Below, one piece after another: positions 11,001-22,355 of a stretch of DNA of 64,000 bases (position 1 is its first letter; every line of letters begins with the position of its first letter). The stretch lies in the NCBI GenBank assembly GCA_025558095.1, contig JAIVFI010000042.1, positions 248,001-312,000 on the forward strand, written 5' to 3'. The DNA is from Hyaloraphidium curvatum SAG 235-1 (Eukaryota > Fungi > Monoblepharomycota). A program made the position numbers and the translations under genes. The notes below the pieces were generated by a model that saw only the letters and a list, made by a program, of their open reading frames with translations, was not told the origin of the DNA and searched no databases.

Positions 11001-12873
11001 ATCTCGTCGAAGAAAATAACGGCGGGTTGCCAGCTCCGCGCCTCTTCGAACAGCAGCCTCAGCTGCCGCTCGGCCTCGCCGACCCACTTGGACAGGCAGT
11101 CGGAGCCCTTGCGCATGAAGAAGGCGATCTTGGTCGTGCCCGTGGAGCACGAGTTGGCCAGCGCGCGGGCGAGCATGGTCTTGCCCGTGCCCGGCGGGCC
11201 GTGGAAGAGCACGCCCCGCGGGGGGGACATGCCGAAGCGGTCGTAGACCTCGGGGTAGAGCAGGGGGAGGAGCACCATTTCCTTGAGCTTGCGCACGTGT
11301 TCGTCCAAGCCGCCGAGGTCGTCGAAGGTGGTCTCGACCGTCGGCGTGGGGTCCGTGTCGGCGAGGTCTGGTCGGGGGGTGGGGCCGGGGCCGGAGAAGA
11401 TCAGCGCGATAGTCAGAGGCGTCCTGACGGCGATCACCCACTCTTCCCCTTGCCCAGCGTCACCCCCGCCCTCCCTGCATCCCCCAACAGCTCCGCCATA
11501 TTGAGCGGCACCGGCGCCGACGCCCCGCTCCCCGCGCTCCCCGCCCCCGCCGCCGCGAATCTCCCGCTCCCGCCCCCCCTCCCCCTGAAACCTCCCTGGG
11601 CCCCCTCGTCACCCGACGAATCCCGCTCGAAGAACGACGCGATCCCCTTCCTGATCGCCCCGTTGGCGCCCCCCGCGGGGCGGCGGTACGAAATGGCGCC
11701 CGCCGCGCGCCGCTCGGAGCGCTTCCACTCGCGCTCGAGCTCCTTGGACGACTTGACGCGGTAGTTGACCCGCCGCGTGCGCTCGCGGAGGGCGTAGGTC
11801 CGCTCGCCTTCCTCGGCGTTCTCGCCGTTGGTTTCGTCCGCCTCGCCGTCGCCCTCGCCGTCGCGCAGGCGCGCGCGGGCGGCGTACCGCGCCGCGCGGT
11901 CGACCGCGGCGCGCTTGGACGGCTGCGGGTCGCCGGGGTCGGAGAGCTTGCGCTTGGCGGGGGCGCGCTGCTGCCTGGGGCGCAGCACGCGCGGCTCGGG
12001 TTCGCCGTCCTCCGAGTCCGAGCTGTGTTCGCCCTCGGCGTCCCCGTGGCCCTCGTCGTCGTCCGAGCCGCGGTGCCGCCGCAGGAGGCGCTGCCCGGGG
12101 GTGCGGCGGGTGATCTCGTCCTCGTCCGAGCTGTGGTTGCCGCCAAAGATGGAGCGCGAGCGCGACTCGCGGCGGCGCGAGGCGGGGGCGGACAGACGCG
12201 AGGCGGCTCCGGAGCGGCGCGGGAGGGAGTAGGTAATCAGGTCGTCCGACTGGGCCTCGGAGAACTCGCCGCCGCGGGGCGGGTCGTCGGGCTCCTCGGT
12301 GTCCTCGTCCGCGTCGGCGGCGTCGAACTCGTCGTCGTCGTCCGCGGGGCGGCGGCGGCGCGAGCGGGGTGCCCTCTCCTCTTCCTCATCGCTGGAGTGC
12401 TGGCCATCTCCATCCTGGCTGCCCCCGCCGCCCTGCGCGTCGCCGTTTGCGACCTCGTCCGCCTTTCTCGCGGGCACCCTGTCCCGCCTGGGGGGCGCGT
12501 CCCCGCCGCCCTCGCCCGCGCCCTCCTCGACCCCCGGGCCGTACGACCGCAGCGGGTACGACGAGCGCCGCTCGGGCCCGTCCCGCCCCGGCCTGTCGCG
12601 CTCCGCGGCCGTGGGGCGGCGGTCCCGGTCGTCCCTCCCGTCGAGCCTGCCGCCGCGCCGCCCGTCGCCCCTGCCGCGCAAGTCGCGCTCGTCAAAGTCC
12701 GCGTACGCGGCGCCGACGTCGTAGTTGATGCGCTTTGTCATCCGGCCGTGGCGCGTCGACACCAACGGCTCGCCGTCCCGCGGCTCCGACCCCGCGCGCC
12801 CGGCCATGCCGCCGAGGGGCGCCGACCGCGACGTGCGCCGCCGGCCGTCCTCCGGCTCGGGATCGCGCGTCAT
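8001..12873 (-). CDS. YTA7: Bromodomain AAA+ ATPase Yta7/ATAD2 (multi-exon)
   Basis: GVLFHGPPGTGKT, FFMRKGSDCLSKWVGEAERQLRLLFEEA, FFDEIDGLAPVRS, degenerate second AAA module, divergent bromodomain, long charged disordered N-terminus. Confidence 0.93.
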
Positions 12874-13014
12874 GGTCCGCTGCTGTCCGCTGCTGGCTAG
12901 GCGGACTCCACCCTGGGACGGTTGTCCGTGGATCGGTGAAACCCCTTAACCTAGCCCGAGGTCTGTCGGCGAAGTTAGAGGGCACCCACCCGCTGGTCCT
13001 CTCTCGACTCCGCG

Positions 13015-13862
13015 ATGGTGGGCATCGGGCGGCTCTGGGCGGCCCCGGCGGGCACGGCGCGGCAGGGCGGGTCCTTGGGCACCCGGCGGACGCGCGGCAC
13101 GGGGCTCGGCGGGCCGGGGGCCGCGCGGGGCGGCAGGGACCGGGCGCATCCGGATGGGCGTGTCGGCGGGCACTCGCACGCGCGGATGGCCGGGGAGGCC
13201 GCATCTATTGCTGGCACATGGAAGGACGGAGGCGGGAGCTGCTGCCCACGGAGAATCCCTGCCCGCCGCCGCCGCCGCCGAGGACCGGCCCGCCGCGGAC
13301 CTCCCTCCGCCCCTTCCCCCCCCGGAACCCTGCTCACCCCCTCCCTCCCCCCTCCAGGCGCCGAAAAAGGACTCCAAAGCCGCGGCCAAGCCCGCCAAAT
13401 CCGGCGGCGGCGCCAACAAGGGCGCCAAGAAGAAGAAGTGGTCCAAGGGCAAGGTCAAGGACAAGGCAAACAACGCCGTGTCGCTCGACAAGGCCACGTA
13501 CGACAAGCTGGTCAAGGAGGTGCCGACCTACAAGCTCATCACCCTGAGCGTGCTCGTCGACCGGTGCGTTGCCCCCCACGCTCCTCCTTGGTTGCGGACC
13601 GCTGACGCGCCCGCTCAGGATGCGAATAAACGCCTCCCTCGCCCGCATCGCCCTCCGCGACCTCGAATCCAAGGGCCTCATCCGCCGCGTCTCGACGCAC
13701 CACTCGCAGCTCATCTACACCCGCGCCACCCGGGAGGAGGAGCCCGAGGCCGCGGCCGCGGAAAAGGCCGAGAAGGCGCCGGCCAAGAAGGCGCCCAAGG
13801 CAAAGAAGCCCAAGAAGGGCGAGGAGGTCGAGGAGGAGGAGGCGGCGCCGGCGGAGGAGTAG
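13015..13862 (+). CDS. RPS25: 40S ribosomal protein S25 (eS25)
   Basis: [18 protein letters not shown]...[10 protein letters not shown]...[14 protein letters not shown]...IYTRAT; exons 13015-13017 (ATG only), 13358-13563, 13619-13862. Confidence 0.95.
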
Positions 13863-14285
13863 GCTCGGCTCGCGACGAGGACGACGGACGGGCGGGCGGG
13901 CGGGCCCGCGGTGTACAGCTGAATGCAGCGCCGCCCCGCACGCCGGCCGCCTACTGGTCCGGTCCGGGGGACTGGGGGTGCGCTCGCCAACACTCTGTTC
14001 CCCGGGCTTCCATCCCGGGGTCCAATTTTTTACGCGAGCTAGAATCAGTCGGGCAACCAACCCTGGAAAACGGAGCCCCGAGGGGGCGACGATGTCCTGT
14101 TCCTTATCCGGGTGCCTACATCCATACATCCACGGTCCGTGGCGGGCGGTTTGGTGCGACGTGCGTTTATAATTCAATCAACGATGAAACGACAGAGATT
14201 TTTCAATGAGTCGCCTTTCCCACTCTCCCGCCCCATCATCCTCCATGCCGTCCTCCATCCGATCCTCCGCCCTCCTCCATATCCC

Positions 14286-16967
14286 TCAGTCGTGGTTTGG
14301 GAGCACCTTGAGCTCCCGCTTCTTGCTGTGCGGGTCCACCATCACCGTCACCTTTGCCGTCTCCCCGTTCCGCACCCTGCCCTCGATGATGAGCGTGCTC
14401 AGCGGGTTCAGCACCTCCTTCTGCACGGCCCTGTTGAGTGGCCGCGCGCCGTACGCGGGGTCGAAGCCCTCGCTGGAGAGCCAGTCGCGCGCGGCCGGGT
14501 CGACGTCGAGGGTGATCTGCCGGTCCGCGAGGCGCGCCTGCACCTCCGAGAGGCGGACGTCGACGATGCGGCGCATGTCGGGGAGGGTGAGGCGGTTGAA
14601 GATGACCTGGCTGTCGATGCGGTTGATCTGTTCAAAGGAGGAGAAGGAACGGGTCAGAACCTTGGACAGGGCGGGCGATCGGTGCGCAGGGACCCACGAA
14701 TTCGGGCGGGAAATGGTGCCGGATGGCCTCCATGACCTCGTGCTTGACCTCGGGCGTCACCTCGGGCGCGCGGGTCAAGTATTCGGCGCCGAGGTTGCTC
14801 GTCATCACAAGGATTGTGTTCTTGAAGTCCACCGTGCGGCCCTTGCTGTCCGTCAGCCGGCCGTCGTCGAGGATCTGGAGCAGCAGGTTGGTCACGTCCC
14901 GGTGCGCCTTTTCGATCTCGTCGAGGAGGATGAGGGAGTAGGGGTGCCGGCGCACGGCCTCGGTCAGCTCGCCGCCGTCCTCGAAACCGACCTGCAATGT
15001 AAGGAATGGTCAGCACTTGCTGCGCACACACAACGAGTTTGCAACCCACGTATCCGGGGGGCGCGCCGATCAGCCGGCTCGTCGAGAAGCGCTCCTGGTA
15101 CTCGCTCATGTCGATCCGGATCATGGCGTGCTCGGAATCGAAGAGGAACTTGGCCAGCTGCTTGGCCAGCTCGGTCTTGCCGACGCCCGTCGGGCCGGCA
15201 AACAGGAAGCTGGCGATGGGCCGGCGGTCCGACTGCAGCCCGGCCCTCGAGAGGCGCACCGCGTTGCCGATCTCGCGGATGGCCTCGTCCTGGCCGATCA
15301 CGAACTTGCTCAGGTAGTTTTCCACGCCCAGCAGCTTCTCGCGCTCGCCCTTGAGCATCGCTGCGATGGGAACCCCCGTCGCGCGGCTCACGACGCGGGC
15401 GATGTCGTCCGCCGTCACGCGCTCGTGCAGTAGCGGCTCCTCGCCCTCGGCCGCGGAGACGGCCGCCTCCTCCTCCCCCTCGGCGGGCAGCTGCTGCTCC
15501 AGCTCCGGGATCAGCCCGTACTTGATCTCGCTGGCCTTCCTAAAGTCCCCCCTCCTCTGCGCGACCTCGAGGTCCGTGCGCGCCTGCTCCAGCCGGAGCT
15601 TGGCGTCCTTGACCGCCTCGAGCTTCTCGCGCTCCTTCTTCCACGCCTCGTTCAGCGAGTCCACCTCCTTGCGCTTGCTCTCGAGCTCGTGCTCGAGGCG
15701 CTCGCGCCGCTGCCGGGAGCCAAAGTCGGTCTCCTTCTTGAGCGACTCGAGCTCGATCTGGATGGTGAGGATCTGGCGGTCCAGGGCTTCGATGCGCTCG
15801 GGCTTGGATTCCTGCTGGAGACGGAGCTTGGAACACGCCTCGTCGATCAGGTCGATGGCCTGAAAGGAATGTCAGTGGTGGACGGTACGATTGAAGCGAT
15901 GGGGTCGGCTGCCCACCTTGTCCGGGAGGTTGCGGTCGGTGATGTAGCGGTTGCTGAGCTGCGCGGCGGCGACGAGGGCGGCATCGCTGATCCGGACGCC
16001 GTGGTGGACCTCGTACTTTTCCTTCAGCCCGCGCAGGATCGAGATGGTGTCCTGCACGCTCGGCTCCTCGACCATGATGGGCTGGAACCGCCGCGCCAGC
16101 GCCGCGTCCTTCTCGATGTACTTGCGGAACTCGTCGATGGTGGTGGCGCCGCAGCAGTGGAGCTGGCCACGGGCCAGCGCCGGCTTGAGCATGTTGCCGG
16201 CGTCGACGCTGCCCTCGGCCTTGCCCAGGCCGAGCAGGAGGTGGATCTCGTCGATGAAGAGGATGATGCGGCCCTGCTCCTCCTCGATGTCCTTGAGCAC
16301 GGCCTTGAGGCGCTCCTCGAACTCGCCGCGGAACTTGGCGCCGGCGACGAGGAGGCCGAGGTCGAGCGCGACGACGCGCTTGTCCTTTATGGAGTCGGGG
16401 ACCTCGCCCTTGACGATACGCTGGGCGAGGCCCTCGGCGATGGCGGTCTTGCCGACGCCGGCTTCGCCGATCTGGTATCACCAAGCAAGGAGGAAATCAA
16501 CGGTTAGAGGGCGAAATGTCGTCTGGGAGCTGAGGACCCACGAGAAGGGGGTTGTTCTTGGTCCGCCGCGAAAGCACTTGGATCGTGCGGCGAATGATCT
16601 CGTCGCGGCCAATGACGGGATCCAGCTTCCCGGCCGCGGCGAGCTCGGTGAGGTCCACGCCGTACTGCTTCAGCGCCTCGCCCTTCTGCGGCTGCTGCTG
16701 CTGCGCCATGCGCATTTGCGGGCCGGGCGTGGCGTACCCGCGGGTCTGCAGCGGGTGAAGCGGGGTGCGCAGGGGTGTGATGTGCGCGGCGCGGGCGACA
16801 GCCGCGGCGGGGTGCGCGGGACGCGCCGCGGTCCACAGGGCGCGCGAGGCGACCCGAGTGGCGGCGGCAGAGATGCCCGCCAGGGGTGCGGAGAGGCGCG
16901 CGGGGGCCGTCTCGGCAGCAGCGACGGCCGGGGCGGCGAGGGCCGTTGGGAGTCCGTTCGGAGCCAT
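14286..16967 (-). CDS. HSP78: Mitochondrial ClpB/Hsp78 disaggregase
   Basis: Ala/Arg-rich presequence, no ClpB N-domain; [56 protein letters not shown]. Confidence 0.93.
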
Positions 16968-17123
16968 CGGTTGGCTTGGTCCACGGGAAAGTCCGGTAAA
17001 GATGCTGTCTGGTCGATGCAGCCGGTATCTGCGGTCAAATAGAGCACCAGCTGCTCGAACTGTGTTTGCGTTTGGCGGAGGTTCGGCGCGCAAGTCCAGC
17101 GTGTGGCGGGTGAAGTCGACCCG

Positions 17124-17138
17124 CGAAGGTTCTGGCAT
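17124..17138. promoter_or_regulatory. Possible imperfect heat-shock element upstream of HSP78
   Basis: cGAAggTTCtgGcAt: two perfect inverted nGAAn units plus one mismatched unit, about 160 bp upstream of the HSP78 ATG. Short motif, could be chance. Confidence 0.3.
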
Positions 17139-17538
17139 GTCCCCGACGGTTCGGCGCTCGTACACCGATTGGTTCGGTGCCGGCTTGATTCCGCGGGCCT
17201 GGCAAAGAGGCATGTAATGGCATGCTTCTGGCCCACGGCGGATCCCCGATGAGCCTGGCCTTGAAGCCGCGGTCTTGTCAAGATGCCACACTGCGCCGTT
17301 GCACGGCTTTCAGCCTCAAGTATCCTCGACATTGATTGCCATTCAATCATCGCTTCATTTAGAAGGCCGCGAAGCCGGGCCCGGCGGCCGGTCCGTCGAG
17401 CGAGAGAGTTGATGAGTTTCGCCGCCGTCGGCCCCATTCCGTGGGGGCGCGTCGGTGAGGTGGCCCGTGACATCGATTCCCTCCCTCCGAACTCCCGTTC
17501 CCGGACCACTCGGTGTCTCCGCTGCCGTCCATCGAGCC

Positions 17539-18921
17539 ATGGCGCTCGCGGACAAGTCGAAGCCGCAGGCGGTTGCCGACAACTACAGGGGCCTCGATGT
17601 CCACGACGAAATCGTGCCCATCGAGCTCCCGCCCGGCTCCGTTCCGCCGCCGACGGACCGACCGGTCCGCGTCTGTGGGTGTCGGAGCGTTCTAGCGGAG
17701 ACGGTCCGGGGCCTGCTGGACGGGATTGGCCCCGCGGCCCGGTGCCGCCGCCAACCGCGCGGAACCCCGTGCTCACAGGCAGCCACCGCCAGACTCGGAC
17801 GGCATCTTCGACCTGTTCCACTTTGGGCACGCCAGGGCGCTGGAGCAGGCCAAGAAGACGTTCCCGAACGTCACCCTGGTGGTCGGCGTGTGCTCGGACG
17901 AGGACACGCACAAGCACAAGGGGCGCACCGTCATGACCGAGGAGGAGCGGGCAGAGAGCGTCAGGCACTGCAAATGGGCCGACGAGGTCATCTGCCCGGC
18001 ACCGTGGATCATCACGCCCGAGTTTATGGAGAAGCACAAGGTCGGTAACACCGGTGGCGGGTTCCTACAAGGCTGATCCTTGCTTCTTGCCTTCCAGATC
18101 GACTATGTGGCCCACGACGACATTCCATACGTGTCTGCCGGCTCTTCTGACGTCTATGGTGCGCTTTGCGCGGTGCTTGTGCCCCTCAGGCCGTCGGTCT
18201 AACGAATCCGCTGCCACGCCCTCGCCTGATCAGCGCCGATCAAGGCCATGGGCCGCTTCATGCCCACTCGGCGCACCGAGGGCATCTCCACCTCCGACCT
18301 CATCACCCGCATCGTGCGCGACTACGACGTGTACCTGCGCCGCAACCTCGAGCGCGGCGTGTCGCCGAAGGAGCTCAACATCTCTTTCCTGAAGCGGCAG
18401 GAGCTCTACGTCCGGACCAACATCGGACACCTGCAGAAGGAAATGCGGAAGCGGTGGGAGTCGACGAAGCGGAAGAGTCCGCCGTGGCTGCGGTGGTGGG
18501 AGCAGCGGGCGGAGGATCTCGGGAAGGGCTTCGCCCAGCTGTTTGCCGGCAACGGCAATAACGTCGTGGTGAGTGTTTGCTTCACCGTCAACCTTGTCGT
18601 TCGCTAACTTCGAGTTTGTTGCAGCGCACAATCCTGGCCCCCTTTGCCCCGTCGCGGCGTATGACCGCCTCGGCGCCTCCGACACCGGGCAACTCTCTCG
18701 CGGCCTGGGCCACGGCGGCTTTGCGCTCCGTTTCCCCGCCGCCGAAGCGGCATTGGTCCTCGGACGAGGATGGGAGCGACGAGGGGCTCGAGGACGGGGC
18801 GAGCGCGCCGGACGGGTACGACGATGAGGAGGAGATGGAGGAAGACGGGAAAGACTGGAGAAGCGAGGCGGATGCCGACGAGGGGTACTTGGCGAGCAAG
18901 AGGAGGAAGTTTGAGGCCTGA
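17539..18921 (+). CDS. PCT1: Choline-phosphate cytidylyltransferase
   Basis: [30 protein letters not shown] (HxGH), [40 protein letters not shown]. Confidence 0.93.
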
Positions 18922-19029
18922 GGAGGCCGGCGTGGGGACGTTCTGGGTCTTGGGTGGGACGATGACGCGGCAATCATGTAGCCGTAAAAGAGAGCTCGGC
19001 GTTTGCGACGACCTTCGATTCCCGTCGAC

Positions 19030-22000
19030 TTAGCCTGTCGGGAGCTTCTCGTGCTCCGCGTCCCGCCGCTTCGCCCGAAGCAGCCGGGCAATGAGAGCCG
19101 TCCAGCCCGTTTGGTGCGTCGCCCCCAAACCCCGTCCGTTATCTCCGTCAAAGAACTCGGGGAAGAGAACGAGGTCCTTGAAATGAGGGTCCAACGAAGC
19201 CTTGATATCGTCGCCGTTGAGCGTGCGCCGGCCGCGCTCGTCGCGGAGGAAGAGGCGGCAGAGGCGGCGCGTGATCTCCTCCGAGACTTCCTCCAGATTC
19301 ATGAAGACCCTGCTGCCCGTCGGGCATTCGATGCGAAAGTCGTCAGTAAAGTAGTGATGGAAACGTTGAAGCGATTCGATGAGCAGGTAGTTGACAGGAA
19401 GCCAGATCGGCCCCCGCCAGTTGCTGTTTCCTGTTGGCATCCTCAGCACTCCAGCATGGCGGACACACCACGGCTAGGTCTTACCTCCGAACATGCCGGA
19501 GCGGGAATCGGCCGGCCAGTACTCGACAGAAAGCATTTGGCCGTCGACGTGGAGAACGAAAGGATCCTTCTCGTGGGCTTTGGAGAGAGATCGGATCCCA
19601 TACTCCGAGAGAAACTCCGTCTCGTCGAGCATTCGCTTGAGAATCTTCTTGAGCCTGCTGCCTCGTAGGAGCGAAAGTAGCCTCCGCTGGCCTCGGCCAG
19701 GTTCGTCCCATCGAGAAACGAGTGAAGCGAGCTCGGGGGAGTACTTGAGGAACCAGTCCATGCGAGCCGTGAAATCAGGCACAGTTGCCAGCAGTTCTGG
19801 GTCCAGCGTCTCCACGGCGAAAAGCGAAACCAGGCCAACCATCGAGCGAACGCGAAGGGGGACGATGTGCCCGCCTGGCAGCGTGAGCTTGTCGTAGTAG
19901 AACTCGTCCTCCGCGTGCCAAAGCCCGGTATCCGAGCCGGAGTTGATGTTCGTGAAGAGCGCCTTTGCAATGTACAGGAAGTGCTCGAAGAACTTCGTGG
20001 CCAGGTCCTGGTATACGGGGTTCTGCTGAGCAAGCTCAAGAGCGATCCGCATCATGGTCAAGGAGAAGAAAGCAATCCAGGCGGTACCGTCGGCTTGGTT
20101 GATGAAGCCGCCAGTGGGCAGCGGCTTGCTCCGATCGAACACGCCGATGTTATCGAGTCCCAAGAAACCTCCCTGGAAGACATTCTTGCCGGTAGCGTCC
20201 TTTTTGTTGATCCACCACGTGAAATTGAGCAGCAGCTGTGGAAAACGTGTTAACTTGCACAGCTCGTCCCTTAACGGGGCGCTGACCTTGTGGAAGACAC
20301 GCTCGAGGAAGGCACCTGGCAAACCGGGTGTTAGGACCGACTGCTCCCATGTACGTCCACAAACTGGCAACGCACGATCGCCCTGGCCACCGTTCAGTCG
20401 CCGATCGATCTGGTAAACTCGCATTGTTGCCCAGGCATGAACAGGAGGGTTGGTGTCGGAGTAATCCCTGAGCGAAGCGTCAGTCCCGTGATTTGCGAGC
20501 AGACACGAAGCCCCTACCATTCGTAAGCGGCCAGTTGGCCTGAAGGATGCATGAAGCTTTCCTTGGTCATCAGAAGCAGCTGTCTGTGAGGACGATTGTC
20601 ATAAGACAGGCCAGCTTTGGTAGATTTGCAACTCACTCCTTGGCAAAGGCAGCATCGATCATGGCATACGGAATCATATGGAAAGCAGTATCCCATACGC
20701 AGAAATACGAATATTCCATCTGTCGTGAGGAAAAGAATGTCAGTTCACCACCTAAGGCTTCCCACGAGTCCTCCTCTCACTTTGTCGGGCATCGAGAGAA
20801 TGTCGTAACTGTTGAGATGAGTCCAATCCGCATTCCGATTGTGCCCCGGGGGCGGCGGAGGTTGCGCCGGATCCCCGGCGAGCCATTCGATGGTGTTGAA
20901 GTAGAAGAACTGGAAGAGTCATTATCACGATGTTGCCAATGGAAAGCACGGGATCAAGTGTACCTGTTTGCCCCAAATCAGCCCCGCATAAGCTTGACGC
21001 TGAACGTTCTTCGCGTCCTCGTCCGTCATGCCCGTCTGGATCTGCTCGTAGAAGGCGTCCGCTTCCTTGATGCGCTGTCGCAGGATGCCGTCAAAGTCGA
21101 GGAACGGATCCGACAGGGGATGATGGCCTTCGGGAGTCTCGCGCAGCCTCAGGCTTGCCGAAGCGCTGCGTCCCGCATCCACCGACAACCGGAAGTGAGC
21201 TGCAAGCTTTGTCCCCGTGCAGTCCGGGTTCACGGCTGAACTGTTCCCCTTCACGACAAACTCATGGATGCCGTCCTTGTAGAAGCGACCAGGTTCAGGA
21301 AGCTTTCCGTAGAGCAAGGGTCCGTTGGTGTCGTTGTCGCAAAAGAGGAGATCGGCATCGCCATCGACGTGCAAATGGTATCGCCCCAACGTCCTATGAT
21401 CCACCTCCACGAGGCCGCGTCCGACCTGCCTCAGTTCAGGCCGTTGGACTCCGGCCCTCCAGCTCCAGGTGTTGCGAAACCACAGAGTCGGCAGCAGATG
21501 CAGCTCCGCGGCTTCCGGCCCGCGGTTATGCGCGGTGATGAGCATCAGGATATCGTTCGGGCCGTCCTTGGCGAACTCGATCACGACATCCCAGTAGCGA
21601 TCTTCGTCAAAACACCCCGTGTGGACGAGCTCGAACTCGGGCTCATCCCTGGTTCTCCGGCCGTTCTCGTCGATCAGACGTTGGTAAGGAAACTCGGTCT
21701 GCGGGTACTTGTACTGGAACCGGAGGTACGAATGGGACGGCGTGGCATCCACGTGGTAGTAAGCCTCCTTGACATCTTCTCCGTGGTTACCCTGGCCGTT
21801 CGTGAGCGCAAACAGACGCTCTTTGAGGTGAGGGTCCACGCCGTTCCACATTGAGACCGCGAGACAGAGGCGCTGGTGGTCGTCCGAAACTCCTCCGATG
21901 CCGTCTTCACCCCAACGGAACGCCCGGCTTCTCGCGTCAGAGTAGGAGAAACTGGCCCAGGCGTCGCCATTGTGAGAATAGTCTGTGTACGGCGAGTAGG

Positions 22001-22159
22001 GTCAGGATCGTCGCTTCGAAAGTTCCAGGCGACGCGCTCCTTGCCTTCTCTCACGGTTCCCCATTGGCGCTCGCTCACGTAAGGGCCCCATCGCATCCAC
22101 TTGTCGTGTTCCTTCGTCAGACGCTCGCGTTCGACAGCCGCCAGCAATTCGCCCGACAT
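19030..22159 (-). CDS. Glycoside hydrolase family 63-like protein (YMR196W/MGH1-like), 8 introns
   Basis: WGPYVSERQWGTVREDYS, KERLFALTNGQGNHGEDVKE, NPPVHAWA, LNFTWWINKKD, FQGGFLGLDNIG, NSNWRGPIW, GLGATHQTGWT. Confidence 0.9.
21983..22044 (-). other. Non-canonical GC-AG intron (GH63 intron 1)
   Basis: The GAA G|GCAAGG...CAG|AC TAT TCT junction restores the conserved WGTVREDYS; CTGAC branch present. Confidence 0.8.
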
Positions 22160-22355
22160 CGCGACACGACGGGAGTCGAATCGCGATTGAAGGTCGATTT
22201 GTCTGGAGCGGAACCAATCAATCGGGTCGGGCGGGAGACGGGCGAAGAGACGGCGCCGATCACCAAACTACCCACAGCCCGAGCGGAAGAACAGCGGACG
22301 GTCTCCGAAAGACTCCATGGCAGTTCTACCAAAGCGCGTATCCAATCAAATCTAA

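Noticed and set aside
19030-22159. Bacterial-looking GH63 as a novel horizontal transfer
   Set aside because: This subfamily is widespread in fungi (yeast YMR196W-like), and the gene has 8 introns.
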